Positions 26,595-34,080 of a DNA stretch of 64,000 bases are shown piece after piece; the stretch's first letter is position 1; each line of letters starts with the position of its first letter. Under the pieces are notes generated by a model. The model ran no database searches. It was given only the letters and a program-made list of their open reading frames with translations, and was not told where the DNA came from. Position numbers and translations under genes: made by a program. The stretch is taken from assembly GCA_003660975.1 (NCBI GenBank), contig QMVG01000002.1, positions 7,996-71,995 of the forward strand, given 5' to 3'. Origin of the DNA: Candidatus Micrarchaeota archaeon (GTDB taxonomy: Archaea; B1Sed10-29; B47-G15).

Positions 26595-26921
26595 ATGTTC
26601 TCTGGTGTTATCATGAAGGCACAGGGCTCACTTGAATACCTAATCATATTAGCAGCTGTATTGGCAATAGGAGCTATAGTGGTTTTGTTTGTGACAGATG
26701 CTTTTAGCCAGACAAAAACAGCTGCGAGCGTTGAGAATTGTAGAAATGCACTTACAAAAGTATATCAAGAATACAAACTTCACGGGTCTGTTGCCAAAGA
26801 CATTTCGGACAGCTGCTATGAAATCTGCAAGGATTTCGTTTATGCATCCTCACCAGCAACAGACTTTTGTGATGGGGAAGGTTTGACAGAAGACATAATA
26901 AACCACATAAGCCAATCCTAA
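26595..26921 (+). CDS. Class III signal peptide (pilin-like) protein
   Basis: MKAQGSLEYLIILAAVLAIGAIVVL prepilin-like N-terminus with 4 Cys in the globular part. The true start is probably the Met of MKAQ. Confidence 0.55.
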   Translation: MFSGVIMKAQGSLEYLIILAAVLAIGAIVVLFVTDAFSQTKTAASVENCRNALTKVYQEYKLHGSVAKDISDSCYEICKDFVYASSPATDFCDGEGLTEDIINHISQS

Positions 26922-26953
26922 TCGTTAAATATTCTTTTTGATACTATTCTCCT

Positions 26954-27904
26954 ATGTATGCTTTTCTAGCATTTGCACTGTTGCTTACAGCAAGCTATTT
27001 TGACTTAAAGGATAGGAGAATACCTCCCACGCTAAGCTACTCATTCATCTTGATTGGACTCACAGCCCACCTATTAGAAGGAATATCTCTCCAATATATC
27101 TATATCGTGTTTGCCTCTTTTTTCTTTGCCTACGCACTTTATAAGTTTGGGGTGTGGGCAGGGGGAGACTTCAAACTATTCGTGGCGCTTTCCCTCCTAC
27201 TGCCCACATACAAATCTATTGACTTCTTTTCATTTTATGTGCTGTTTTTTGCTGTGCTTGCCGTTCTGCCTTTTCTACTTGTATTTTTTGCGTACAAGCT
27301 TTTTCTTTCGAAAGAGTTCAGGAGAGGGGCGAAGGCAAAAGCTAAATCATGGCTAAAGCGTTCACTTTTTATCGCTATAATCGCTACAGCCTCTTATGAA
27401 CTTTCATCATTTTTCACATTGCCTCCTGAGTTATCTGTGCTCTTCTTTTTCATGCTTTTCTTGCTTAAGCAAAGTGGCTCTTTCATTGCTGTAGTTTTTC
27501 TATTAAACAGCATAATCAGAAATCCATCATATGTCTTAACAGTCATTTACTTGTTTTTAGTTTCCCTGCTTATTTCCATAGCTATCTACTCATTTAAGGT
27601 TTTGAGAAAAACTGTTCTCAGAAAAAAGCTGCCCATAGCCAAGATAAAGGAAGGCATGATACCTGCCCAGCACTTAATAAAGAAGGGAAAGAGGTATTAT
27701 CTAAAAGAAGCAGAATGGCGCGACTTATTCCATAAAGATAATATCGTGATAGACTCTATGAAGGCCAGAGGGCTGAACAGGGATGAAATCCTATTGATTA
27801 AGAAATCAGGCATAAAAGAAATAGAAATAAAGAAGTCACTTCCTTTTGTCCCCTTCATGTGCCTGGGATTTGTTCTAGCTCTCCTTAGTTTATTTATATT
27901 TTGA
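26954..27904 (+). CDS. Prepilin/preflagellin peptidase (A24 family, PibD/FlaK-like)
   Basis: Polytopic membrane protein with the two catalytic Asp contexts (YFDLKDRRIP and VWAGGDFKLF). It sits inside the pilin array. Confidence 0.6.
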   Translation: MYAFLAFALLLTASYFDLKDRRIPPTLSYSFILIGLTAHLLEGISLQYIYIVFASFFFAYALYKFGVWAGGDFKLFVALSLLLPTYKSIDFFSFYVLFFAVLAVLPFLLVFFAYKLFLSKEFRRGAKAKAKSWLKRSLFIAIIATASYELSSFFTLPPELSVLFFFMLFLLKQSGSFIAVVFLLNSIIRNPSYVLTVIYLFLVSLLISIAIYSFKVLRKTVLRKKLPIAKIKEGMIPAQHLIKKGKRYYLKEAEWRDLFHKDNIVIDSMKARGLNRDEILLIKKSGIKEIEIKKSLPFVPFMCLGFVLALLSLFIF

Positions 27905-27919
27905 CTGCCTTATTCTATC

Positions 27920-28087
27920 ATGGATGACAGGGCCCAGGTAAGCACGGAGTATCTAATAATACTCGCAGTGTCTTTGGTTCTAGCAGCAGTTGTGACTCTT
28001 TTAACAGTGAACCTCTTTAGCGTGAAGTCATCCGTGAAGGAATTGATAGAAATATACTACAAACGCGCCTTGCAACTGGTGACTTAA
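27920..28087 (+). CDS. Minor pilin-like protein (55 aa, class III signal peptide)
   Basis: Not in the ORF track (<60 aa). Sequence MDDRAQVSTEYLIILAVSLVLAAVVTLLTV..., stop TAA. Tandem with the next gene. Confidence 0.5.
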   Translation: MDDRAQVSTEYLIILAVSLVLAAVVTLLTVNLFSVKSSVKELIEIYYKRALQLVT

Positions 28088-28255
28088 ATGGATGATTGCG
28101 CACAGGTTTCAATAGAATATATGTTCACAGCAGCTATTTTTCTTATAATTGCAGCCATTCTATCTGTTTACGTAGAGAGGATATTTGCAATGAAAGACAC
28201 GATTTTCAAGACAAACAGCATATATTCAAAATCACTCTCAAACCTATTAAAGTGA
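28088..28255 (+). CDS. Minor pilin-like protein (55 aa, class III signal peptide)
   Basis: Not in the ORF track. Sequence MDDCAQVSIEYMFTAAIFLIIAAILSVYV..., stop TGA. Paralogue of 27920 to 28087. Confidence 0.5.
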   Translation: MDDCAQVSIEYMFTAAIFLIIAAILSVYVERIFAMKDTIFKTNSIYSKSLSNLLK

Positions 28256-28259
28256 TATT

Positions 28260-28640
28260 ATGAAAGCTCAGCTGACATTGGAATACCTTATTATTTTTGT
28301 AATCTTACTGCTACTGTTTTCAAATGTTTCTATGGATTTAATGGGTTCTTCAATGAGCTCTGCCCTGCAGATACAGAAGCAACAGATAATGAAAGCAGCC
28401 AATCTCTCTTTAGAGTCAGCTGCATCCAAGCTTCAGTATCAGGGAGAAGGGGCCAGGATATTAGTAAAGATAAGAGCAGCACCTGATTGCAATTACATAT
28501 TTGAGGAGAAAAGAGCATACGCTGAATGCAGGAGCGGAACTTATGATATAGGTCCAAATCCTTTACCAGCTGATTTGGTGTACTCTGAAAAGACAATAAA
28601 GGAGAATGAGTTGGATGTTGTTGAAATTAGTAAAGAGTAA
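28260..28640 (+). CDS. Class III signal peptide (pilin-like) protein
   Basis: MKAQLTLEYLIIFVILLLLF N-terminus, 126 aa. Confidence 0.55.
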   Translation: MKAQLTLEYLIIFVILLLLFSNVSMDLMGSSMSSALQIQKQQIMKAANLSLESAASKLQYQGEGARILVKIRAAPDCNYIFEEKRAYAECRSGTYDIGPNPLPADLVYSEKTIKENELDVVEISKE

Positions 28641-28962
28641 GGGACAGCTTTCAATTGAACTTTTGTTTATCATTTCAATACTGATTCTCCTATGCTCATC
28701 CATAACACTGGACGCATTGGCCACTTCATCACGAATGTTTGACATATCACACGTTAAAGACGCTGTAAATACTTATCTTTACAAAAAAGGCATTGAAGAC
28801 AAAGCATGCCTTTCAATGAGGCTTTCTGCGTTGTCAGTAAAGCAAAATACAGTTTACGTCAGGATAGATGGAGACAAAAGCTGCAAGCCTAGCTCTGATG
28901 AACTGCTTTATTTAATAAAAAAAGAAAACCCTTCTTTTGCGCTTTCCGTGGAGGTGATTTAA
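28606..28962 (+). CDS. Class III signal peptide (pilin-like) protein
   Basis: KSKGQLSIELLFIISILILL prepilin-like segment near the N-terminus. 118 aa. The start is uncertain. Confidence 0.45.
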   Translation: MSWMLLKLVKSKGQLSIELLFIISILILLCSSITLDALATSSRMFDISHVKDAVNTYLYKKGIEDKACLSMRLSALSVKQNTVYVRIDGDKSCKPSSDELLYLIKKENPSFALSVEVI

Positions 28963-29499
28963 TTGGAATGGACTAAAACTAATGTTATTATACTGCTTCA
29001 GTCAGCAGTCCTATTCGCTGTCATTCTCGCAGTAGTTGCGAGTTTTTTGTCAGAACCATTTTTACTGCTTCTGGACATGGTTAGCTTGATTATGCTTGGT
29101 TATGGCCTTTGCTTAGTATATAAAAATTGGAGAAAGGAGTTCAAAACATATGCATTGCTTTTCAGTGTTCTCTTTTTTATAACAGTAGCTTTCCCAATTT
29201 TGATAATATCCAAATTTATAAACAGTTTCAATACCTCTTTATTACTTCTCTTTTTGCTGCTTTTCTATTTTATCTTGAAGGCTTATTTGACACCAAAGCA
29301 GCTGGAAGGTATAGTAGTAATGGCAGACAAAGAGAGAGCAGTGGTGCATATAGATTACAATATCCTTTTGTCATTACCTGCAGGGGATTATGTTGTCAGA
29401 AATAATGGAGCCAAGAAGGGACATAAAGTTCTGCTGTCTTATAAAAAGAGCATATTCAGGACTGTAAAGCCAGAAGCCGTGATCAAGGTGATAAAATGA
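28963..29499 (+). CDS. Membrane protein (about 4 TM) with small C-terminal soluble domain, embedded in the pilin array
   Basis: Four hydrophobic helices, then a roughly 70-aa beta-rich-looking tail (GIVVMADKERAVVHIDYNILLSLPAGDYVVRNNGAKKGHKVLLSYKK). No family recognised. Confidence 0.4.
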   Translation: MEWTKTNVIILLQSAVLFAVILAVVASFLSEPFLLLLDMVSLIMLGYGLCLVYKNWRKEFKTYALLFSVLFFITVAFPILIISKFINSFNTSLLLLFLLLFYFILKAYLTPKQLEGIVVMADKERAVVHIDYNILLSLPAGDYVVRNNGAKKGHKVLLSYKKSIFRTVKPEAVIKVIK

Positions 29500-29870
29500 A
29501 GAAGGGCATGTTTAGCATAGATTTTATTATGGCCCTTGTGATAGTTAGCTTTGTAGTTTTCTTTATACAAGAGCATACATATAGGAGTTTGAGACACAGC
29601 GAAGAGTTTGGAAGATTGGAGCAGCTCTCAAGCATGACATCTTCTGTTGCATCTCAGCTAAATGCTTTTTATGCCCTATCACCAGAAAAGGGAGACTTCT
29701 TTAATTTATTACCCCCTAAAATAAGCAGTTTCAGCAGAACCCAGGATTGCACTGTCTTGAAATACGCTTCGTCTCTGACACTTAGTTGTGGAGATTCTTC
29801 CCTCTCCTTTCCACTTTGTTTTGACGATGCATCTTACGAGGTTGGTGAAAAGGCGGTTGAGAAGGTATGA
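29496..29870 (+). CDS. Pilin-like protein
   Basis: MKKGMFSIDFIMALVIVSFVVFFI N-terminus, which is K-G followed by a hydrophobic helix. 124 aa. Confidence 0.45.
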   Translation: MKKGMFSIDFIMALVIVSFVVFFIQEHTYRSLRHSEEFGRLEQLSSMTSSVASQLNAFYALSPEKGDFFNLLPPKISSFSRTQDCTVLKYASSLTLSCGDSSLSFPLCFDDASYEVGEKAVEKV

Positions 29871-30268
29871 AAGCACAGATATTTTCATTGGACGCCATGC
29901 TTGCCATTGTAGCTCTTACAGTTATCGTGGGCTATTTTTCGTGGTCCCTTGAGAATACATTACATAGCGCAGATATTTCGGAGTATGAGAGCTTGCAGCG
30001 TATGGCAGATGATTGGGCACAGCTGGCTGTTAAAAGAATCTTGGCGCAAAGAGACGAACCAAATAAGGTAGACAGCTCAAGGCTTAGTGATCTTGCAGCG
30101 CAGATGTCAGAACTGCTTGTTTCACCATATGACTTTGAGCTGCATCTTGGCAATTCTAAGCTGGGTGGGGACTGCAGTTCAAAGCAAAATGTGGTTTCTG
30201 TCAGGCGATTGGTTTATGACAAGGACTCAGCAGAAGGGAAAGTATTTGAATTGAGGTTATGTGTATGA
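29867..30268 (+). CDS. Class III signal peptide (pilin-like) protein
   Basis: MKAQIFSLDAMLAIVALTVIVGYF N-terminus. 133 aa. Confidence 0.55.
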   Translation: MKAQIFSLDAMLAIVALTVIVGYFSWSLENTLHSADISEYESLQRMADDWAQLAVKRILAQRDEPNKVDSSRLSDLAAQMSELLVSPYDFELHLGNSKLGGDCSSKQNVVSVRRLVYDKDSAEGKVFELRLCV

Positions 30269-30564
30269 AAGGCTTGCTCTTTAGCGTTGATTCGGTGTTG
30301 GCATTGTTGCTGTTGTTTGTAATTAGCTCAACATATCTTGTTATGCTGGAAGTGCAGGAAAAAAACAAAGACAACGTTTTGATGCTTAGCAGGTTGGCAA
30401 GAGACATAATAGACATAAGGTATTACCAGCCTTCATATTCGCCGCCAGACTGGCTAAAAGAGGAAAACTGCCAGCACAATGTGGTTTCTCTGGACTATTT
30501 TGTTTACGATAGCAGCTCTAATAAGGTAATTAAAAAAACTCAAAAGGTGTGCTTCAATGAATAG
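30259..30564 (+). CDS. Pilin-like protein
   Basis: MKGLLFSVDSVLALLLLFVISSTYLV N-terminus. 101 aa. Confidence 0.45.
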   Translation: MCMKGLLFSVDSVLALLLLFVISSTYLVMLEVQEKNKDNVLMLSRLARDIIDIRYYQPSYSPPDWLKEENCQHNVVSLDYFVYDSSSNKVIKKTQKVCFNE

Positions 30565-31036
30565 GGCCTTCGTTATCTCCTCATCTGTCTTCATTCTGCT
30601 GTTAGCCAGCTTATTTCTCATAAACTTTATTATGCTGACCTCTACATACCAGTCATCTGCTGATGAAAGGAAGCTGATGCTGGATTCCCTTTACAATGTT
30701 TTAACAGATGCAAAGCGCCTCTTATTCTACGCAGGAGAGAATGTGCTTGATGATGCTGTGGCGGACCATATAGGACACTGCCCTAAAGACGCGATTCTTG
30801 AGGCATGGGTAGATAACGCATTGCAAAACAGCATTGCAGAAATGAACAGCTTTTTGAGAGATAAAAACATAAGGCTTAGCTTATCCTATGACGGGCCCTT
30901 TGTCAGTAAAACTGGGCTGTGCTCTTATAAGGTGAGCTTAACAAATGTTAAAATTACTGCTGTTAAGCAGATGGGAGACATAACAGAAGCAAAGCTCAGC
31001 CACAGTTTGCCAGACATAAACAGGAATTATCCTTGA
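30557..31036 (+). CDS. Pilin-like or pilus-associated secreted protein
   Basis: N-terminal hydrophobic helix (FVISSSVFILLLASLFLINFIM), 159 aa. Translationally coupled to the upstream gene. Confidence 0.4.
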   Translation: MNRAFVISSSVFILLLASLFLINFIMLTSTYQSSADERKLMLDSLYNVLTDAKRLLFYAGENVLDDAVADHIGHCPKDAILEAWVDNALQNSIAEMNSFLRDKNIRLSLSYDGPFVSKTGLCSYKVSLTNVKITAVKQMGDITEAKLSHSLPDINRNYP

Positions 31037-31090
31037 CTAACCTATAACCGTTGGTAAATTCTTAAAAAAATAACGAAAAACAAACGTAGC

Positions 31091-31423
31091 ATGCGGCTTT
31101 TAACAGGCGTTTATATGCTGACTGCATTGTTTTCCTTATCTCTTATCTACTTTTTCTCACCCCAGCTTTCATACAAGGCAGTTAGTGCTGAGGAGCTTTA
31201 CAGCAACTGTGAAGGCAGCGTGCAGGCAACTGTTCTTCTTCAAGATGTCTTCATATCAAAAAATGGAAACCGAATAGGTATCGTGTCAGATAGCCCTCGC
31301 ACTTTTGTGCTGCTCAATGATATTTACGCCACAAAAGGGGACCGCTTGCTGTTGAAAGCCAGAGCCTCTCGCTTTAGAAAGGCCTGTTGGCTTTTTCCTG
31401 AAAAGGTGAAATGGCTTGATTGA
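31091..31423 (+). CDS. Hypothetical secreted protein (last gene of pilin array)
   Basis: N-terminal signal or anchor (LLTGVYMLTALFSLSLIYFF). 110 aa. Confidence 0.35.
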   Translation: MRLLTGVYMLTALFSLSLIYFFSPQLSYKAVSAEELYSNCEGSVQATVLLQDVFISKNGNRIGIVSDSPRTFVLLNDIYATKGDRLLLKARASRFRKACWLFPEKVKWLD

Positions 31424-32552
31424 CTTTGCTTTTTTCTTTCTCGGCATTTTTATTGGGATTTTAGTTGGCTTCATTCCAGGACTCCATGTGAATAGCATTC
31501 TGCCTTTTCTTTTTCTCACTTCAGGGTATCAAATGCACTGCCTTGTTATCCCTATGTCTGTTGCCTTTGTCTTTTCATCCTTCTTTCCAGCAGCACTTCT
31601 TGGGCTGCCTGACGAAGACAACGCATTATCTGTTTTGCCTGCTCACAGGTTGTTAGCAAGGGGAAAGGCATACACTGCGTTTAGGCTCTATTTTTTAGGC
31701 GCTCTGACCTCGTCTTTCTTTTCATTCATCTTTCTGGTTTTCTTTTTGATATTTCTGAAGGACTTCTATCAAGCGCTAAAGCCCATTATTCCTCTCATTT
31801 TGCTTTTCATACTTGTTGTTATGCTATTTTCTAACAAATACGCTTTCATAGTCATAGTGCTGTCTTCTGCACTAGGATATATGACAGTTAATTACAACAC
31901 AATCCTTCCACTGCTTACAGGTTTCTTTGCAATGAGCAACCTTATCCTCTCACTGTTTTCCACGGGCAGACAGCCAACGCAAAGGCTGAAAAGTGAAATC
32001 TCAATAAGCAGGTTTGACATAATTCATAGCTCTCTTGTGGCTTCTGTTCTGGCCTCTTTCTTCTCCCTTATTCCGGCAATTTCTTCTGGCATATCTGCTA
32101 CTGCTTCCAAGATTTTCGGGCGTTTCAATACAGAAGAGTTTCTAGTATTGATAGGCTCTACAAATATGGCATATATGGTTTTTTCATTTTTTACACTGTC
32201 TTTGCTGGGCATAAGCAGAAGCGGTTCTGCTGTTTTATTATCAAACGTAGAGAATGTTAGCGCTTTTTTTATGGCTGCTTTGGTACTCCTCTCCTCTTTG
32301 CTAAGTTTTCTGATATTGGAGTCCGTTTACAAAAGACTGCTGCCTTTGTACACAAAGCTTAAACAGAAAAGCATAAACATTGCAGCGGCGTTTGTACTAC
32401 TTCTTATAGTCTTTTTAACTTCTTCTTACTTCGGCCTTCTCGTTTTCTTGGCATCTACCAGCATAGGCCTGCTCTCTAATGAATTAGGAGTGAAACGAAT
32501 AAATTGCATGTCTGCCCTAATTTTTCCAACGGTGCTGTTGATATGGCAGTGA
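31416..32552 (+). CDS. Polytopic membrane protein, TctA/DUF112-like
   Basis: The GFIPGLHVNS motif near the N-terminus and at least 10 predicted helices resemble the tripartite tricarboxylate transporter TctA-type (DUF112) family. Confidence 0.45.
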   Translation: MIDFAFFFLGIFIGILVGFIPGLHVNSILPFLFLTSGYQMHCLVIPMSVAFVFSSFFPAALLGLPDEDNALSVLPAHRLLARGKAYTAFRLYFLGALTSSFFSFIFLVFFLIFLKDFYQALKPIIPLILLFILVVMLFSNKYAFIVIVLSSALGYMTVNYNTILPLLTGFFAMSNLILSLFSTGRQPTQRLKSEISISRFDIIHSSLVASVLASFFSLIPAISSGISATASKIFGRFNTEEFLVLIGSTNMAYMVFSFFTLSLLGISRSGSAVLLSNVENVSAFFMAALVLLSSLLSFLILESVYKRLLPLYTKLKQKSINIAAAFVLLLIVFLTSSYFGLLVFLASTSIGLLSNELGVKRINCMSALIFPTVLLIWQ

Positions 32553-32902
32553 AAATAAAGAGAGAAGTGATTGGAAACTTATTGGAGCTATGCAGGGCTG
32601 CCTATCCCAACGAGGTAGGCGGTATGCTCCTAGGGAAGGAGATAATAGATGATTTTGTTTTAACACCAAGTGAATATGGACCCTCTTCAATAATAACGAG
32701 AATGCAGGACATGCCAATATACACTAACATCGCAGGCAGTTTTCATTCCCATCCAACAGGAGACAATAGGCCATCCAGGGCAGATTTAAACTTTTTCTCC
32801 AAGACAGGCAAATACCACCTTATAATTGCGTATCCATATACTTTAAATAAGGTGGCAGCTTATGATGTTAAGGGCAGAGCTGAAGAATTGGTGATAATAT
32901 GA
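32543..32902 (+). CDS. JAMM/MPN+ family metalloprotease
   Basis: E(VGG) ... HSHPTGDNRPSRADL matches the JAMM motif E-x(n)-H-x-H-x7-S-x2-D. Start placed at the internal Met (MAVKIKREV). The track ORF starts 39 nt earlier, inside the upstream gene. Confidence 0.65.
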   Translation: MAVKIKREVIGNLLELCRAAYPNEVGGMLLGKEIIDDFVLTPSEYGPSSIITRMQDMPIYTNIAGSFHSHPTGDNRPSRADLNFFSKTGKYHLIIAYPYTLNKVAAYDVKGRAEELVII

Positions 32903-34080
32903 AGCAGATAATATATCTTCTCTTGGACGGTCTCGGTGATTATTCTTATGCAGAGTTAGGCATAAAAACACCCTTAGAATATGCTAACACTCCCTTCTTT
33001 GACTCTCTTGCCTCAGGAGGAAAAGAGGGGCTTATAGTACCAACAGGTCTTGGAAGGGAAATCTTGATGGAAAACGCCTCTCTCATGCTTTTCAGCGATC
33101 TTGGTTATGACTTGAGGACCTTTCCTCATGCAAGAGGCATTATTGAGGCTGTTGGCCATGGCTTTGATGTTAAAGATGGTGAGCTGTGGGCAAGAACTAA
33201 TTTTGCTACTGTTGATGAGAATTGGGTATTGATAGACCTTAGGGCAGGTAGAATCTCCCAGACAGAGGAACTGGTAAAGGCAGTGAACGAAATCCAAATG
33301 GATGTGGAGTTTCATTTCTATGGCACTCAGGTATATAGGGGCCTCCTTGTTTTTAGGGATGACAAAGCGCTGTCTGATGAAATAACAGGCGTTGACCCGC
33401 ACATGCCCGGGAAGAAAGTAATGATGGCAAAGGCTTTGAAGCCAGAAGCAAAGCGCTCAGCTGAACTGATAAATGATTTTATGAAAAAGGCTTATGAGGT
33501 GTTAAAGCAGCATCCAATTAACATTGAACGAAGAGAGATGGGCTTGCCTGAAGCCAACTTTATTCTGCCAAGGGGAATTGGTTCAAAACTTCCCCACTTA
33601 CAGCCTTTTGAGGAAAGGCATAACTTAAAGGCGGTCTCAATTACTGGCATAAATGTCAATAAGGGCATATCTAAGTTATTGGGGATACCTATATGGGAAG
33701 TGCCTGAAGAAATAGGAGAAAAGGAATATGAAGTTAAAAGAGAGCCTATTCTAAAAGCCATTGACCAAGGCTATGATTTTATATCAGTACATGTGAAGCC
33801 AACAGATGACGCTGGTCACGATGGCGATGTGCATAAAAAGGTTAGGGAGATTGAAAGGGCAGACGCTTTCTTCTCTTCCTTAGAGCTTGATGATGTGCTG
33901 TGGGCGATATACGCAGACCACTGCACTCCTTGTTTCATAAAGGCACATTCTAATGACCTAATACCCTCTTTGATATCTTCTAAAAAAGCATCTGGGAGGC
34001 AGTTTGCCGAGAAATATTGTACTGATTATACAGTTCAAGCATACGATTTTATCAAACTCGCTTTAAAGGAAGCGCGTTAG
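32899..34080 (+). CDS. apgM: 2,3-bisphosphoglycerate-independent phosphoglycerate mutase, archaeal type
   Basis: 393 aa. LLDGLGD near the N-terminus and the C-terminal metal-binding DAGHDGD...YADHCTP are consistent with the archaeal iPGM (ApgM) family. Confidence 0.75.
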   Translation: MKQIIYLLLDGLGDYSYAELGIKTPLEYANTPFFDSLASGGKEGLIVPTGLGREILMENASLMLFSDLGYDLRTFPHARGIIEAVGHGFDVKDGELWARTNFATVDENWVLIDLRAGRISQTEELVKAVNEIQMDVEFHFYGTQVYRGLLVFRDDKALSDEITGVDPHMPGKKVMMAKALKPEAKRSAELINDFMKKAYEVLKQHPINIERREMGLPEANFILPRGIGSKLPHLQPFEERHNLKAVSITGINVNKGISKLLGIPIWEVPEEIGEKEYEVKREPILKAIDQGYDFISVHVKPTDDAGHDGDVHKKVREIERADAFFSSLELDDVLWAIYADHCTPCFIKAHSNDLIPSLISSKKASGRQFAEKYCTDYTVQAYDFIKLALKEAR

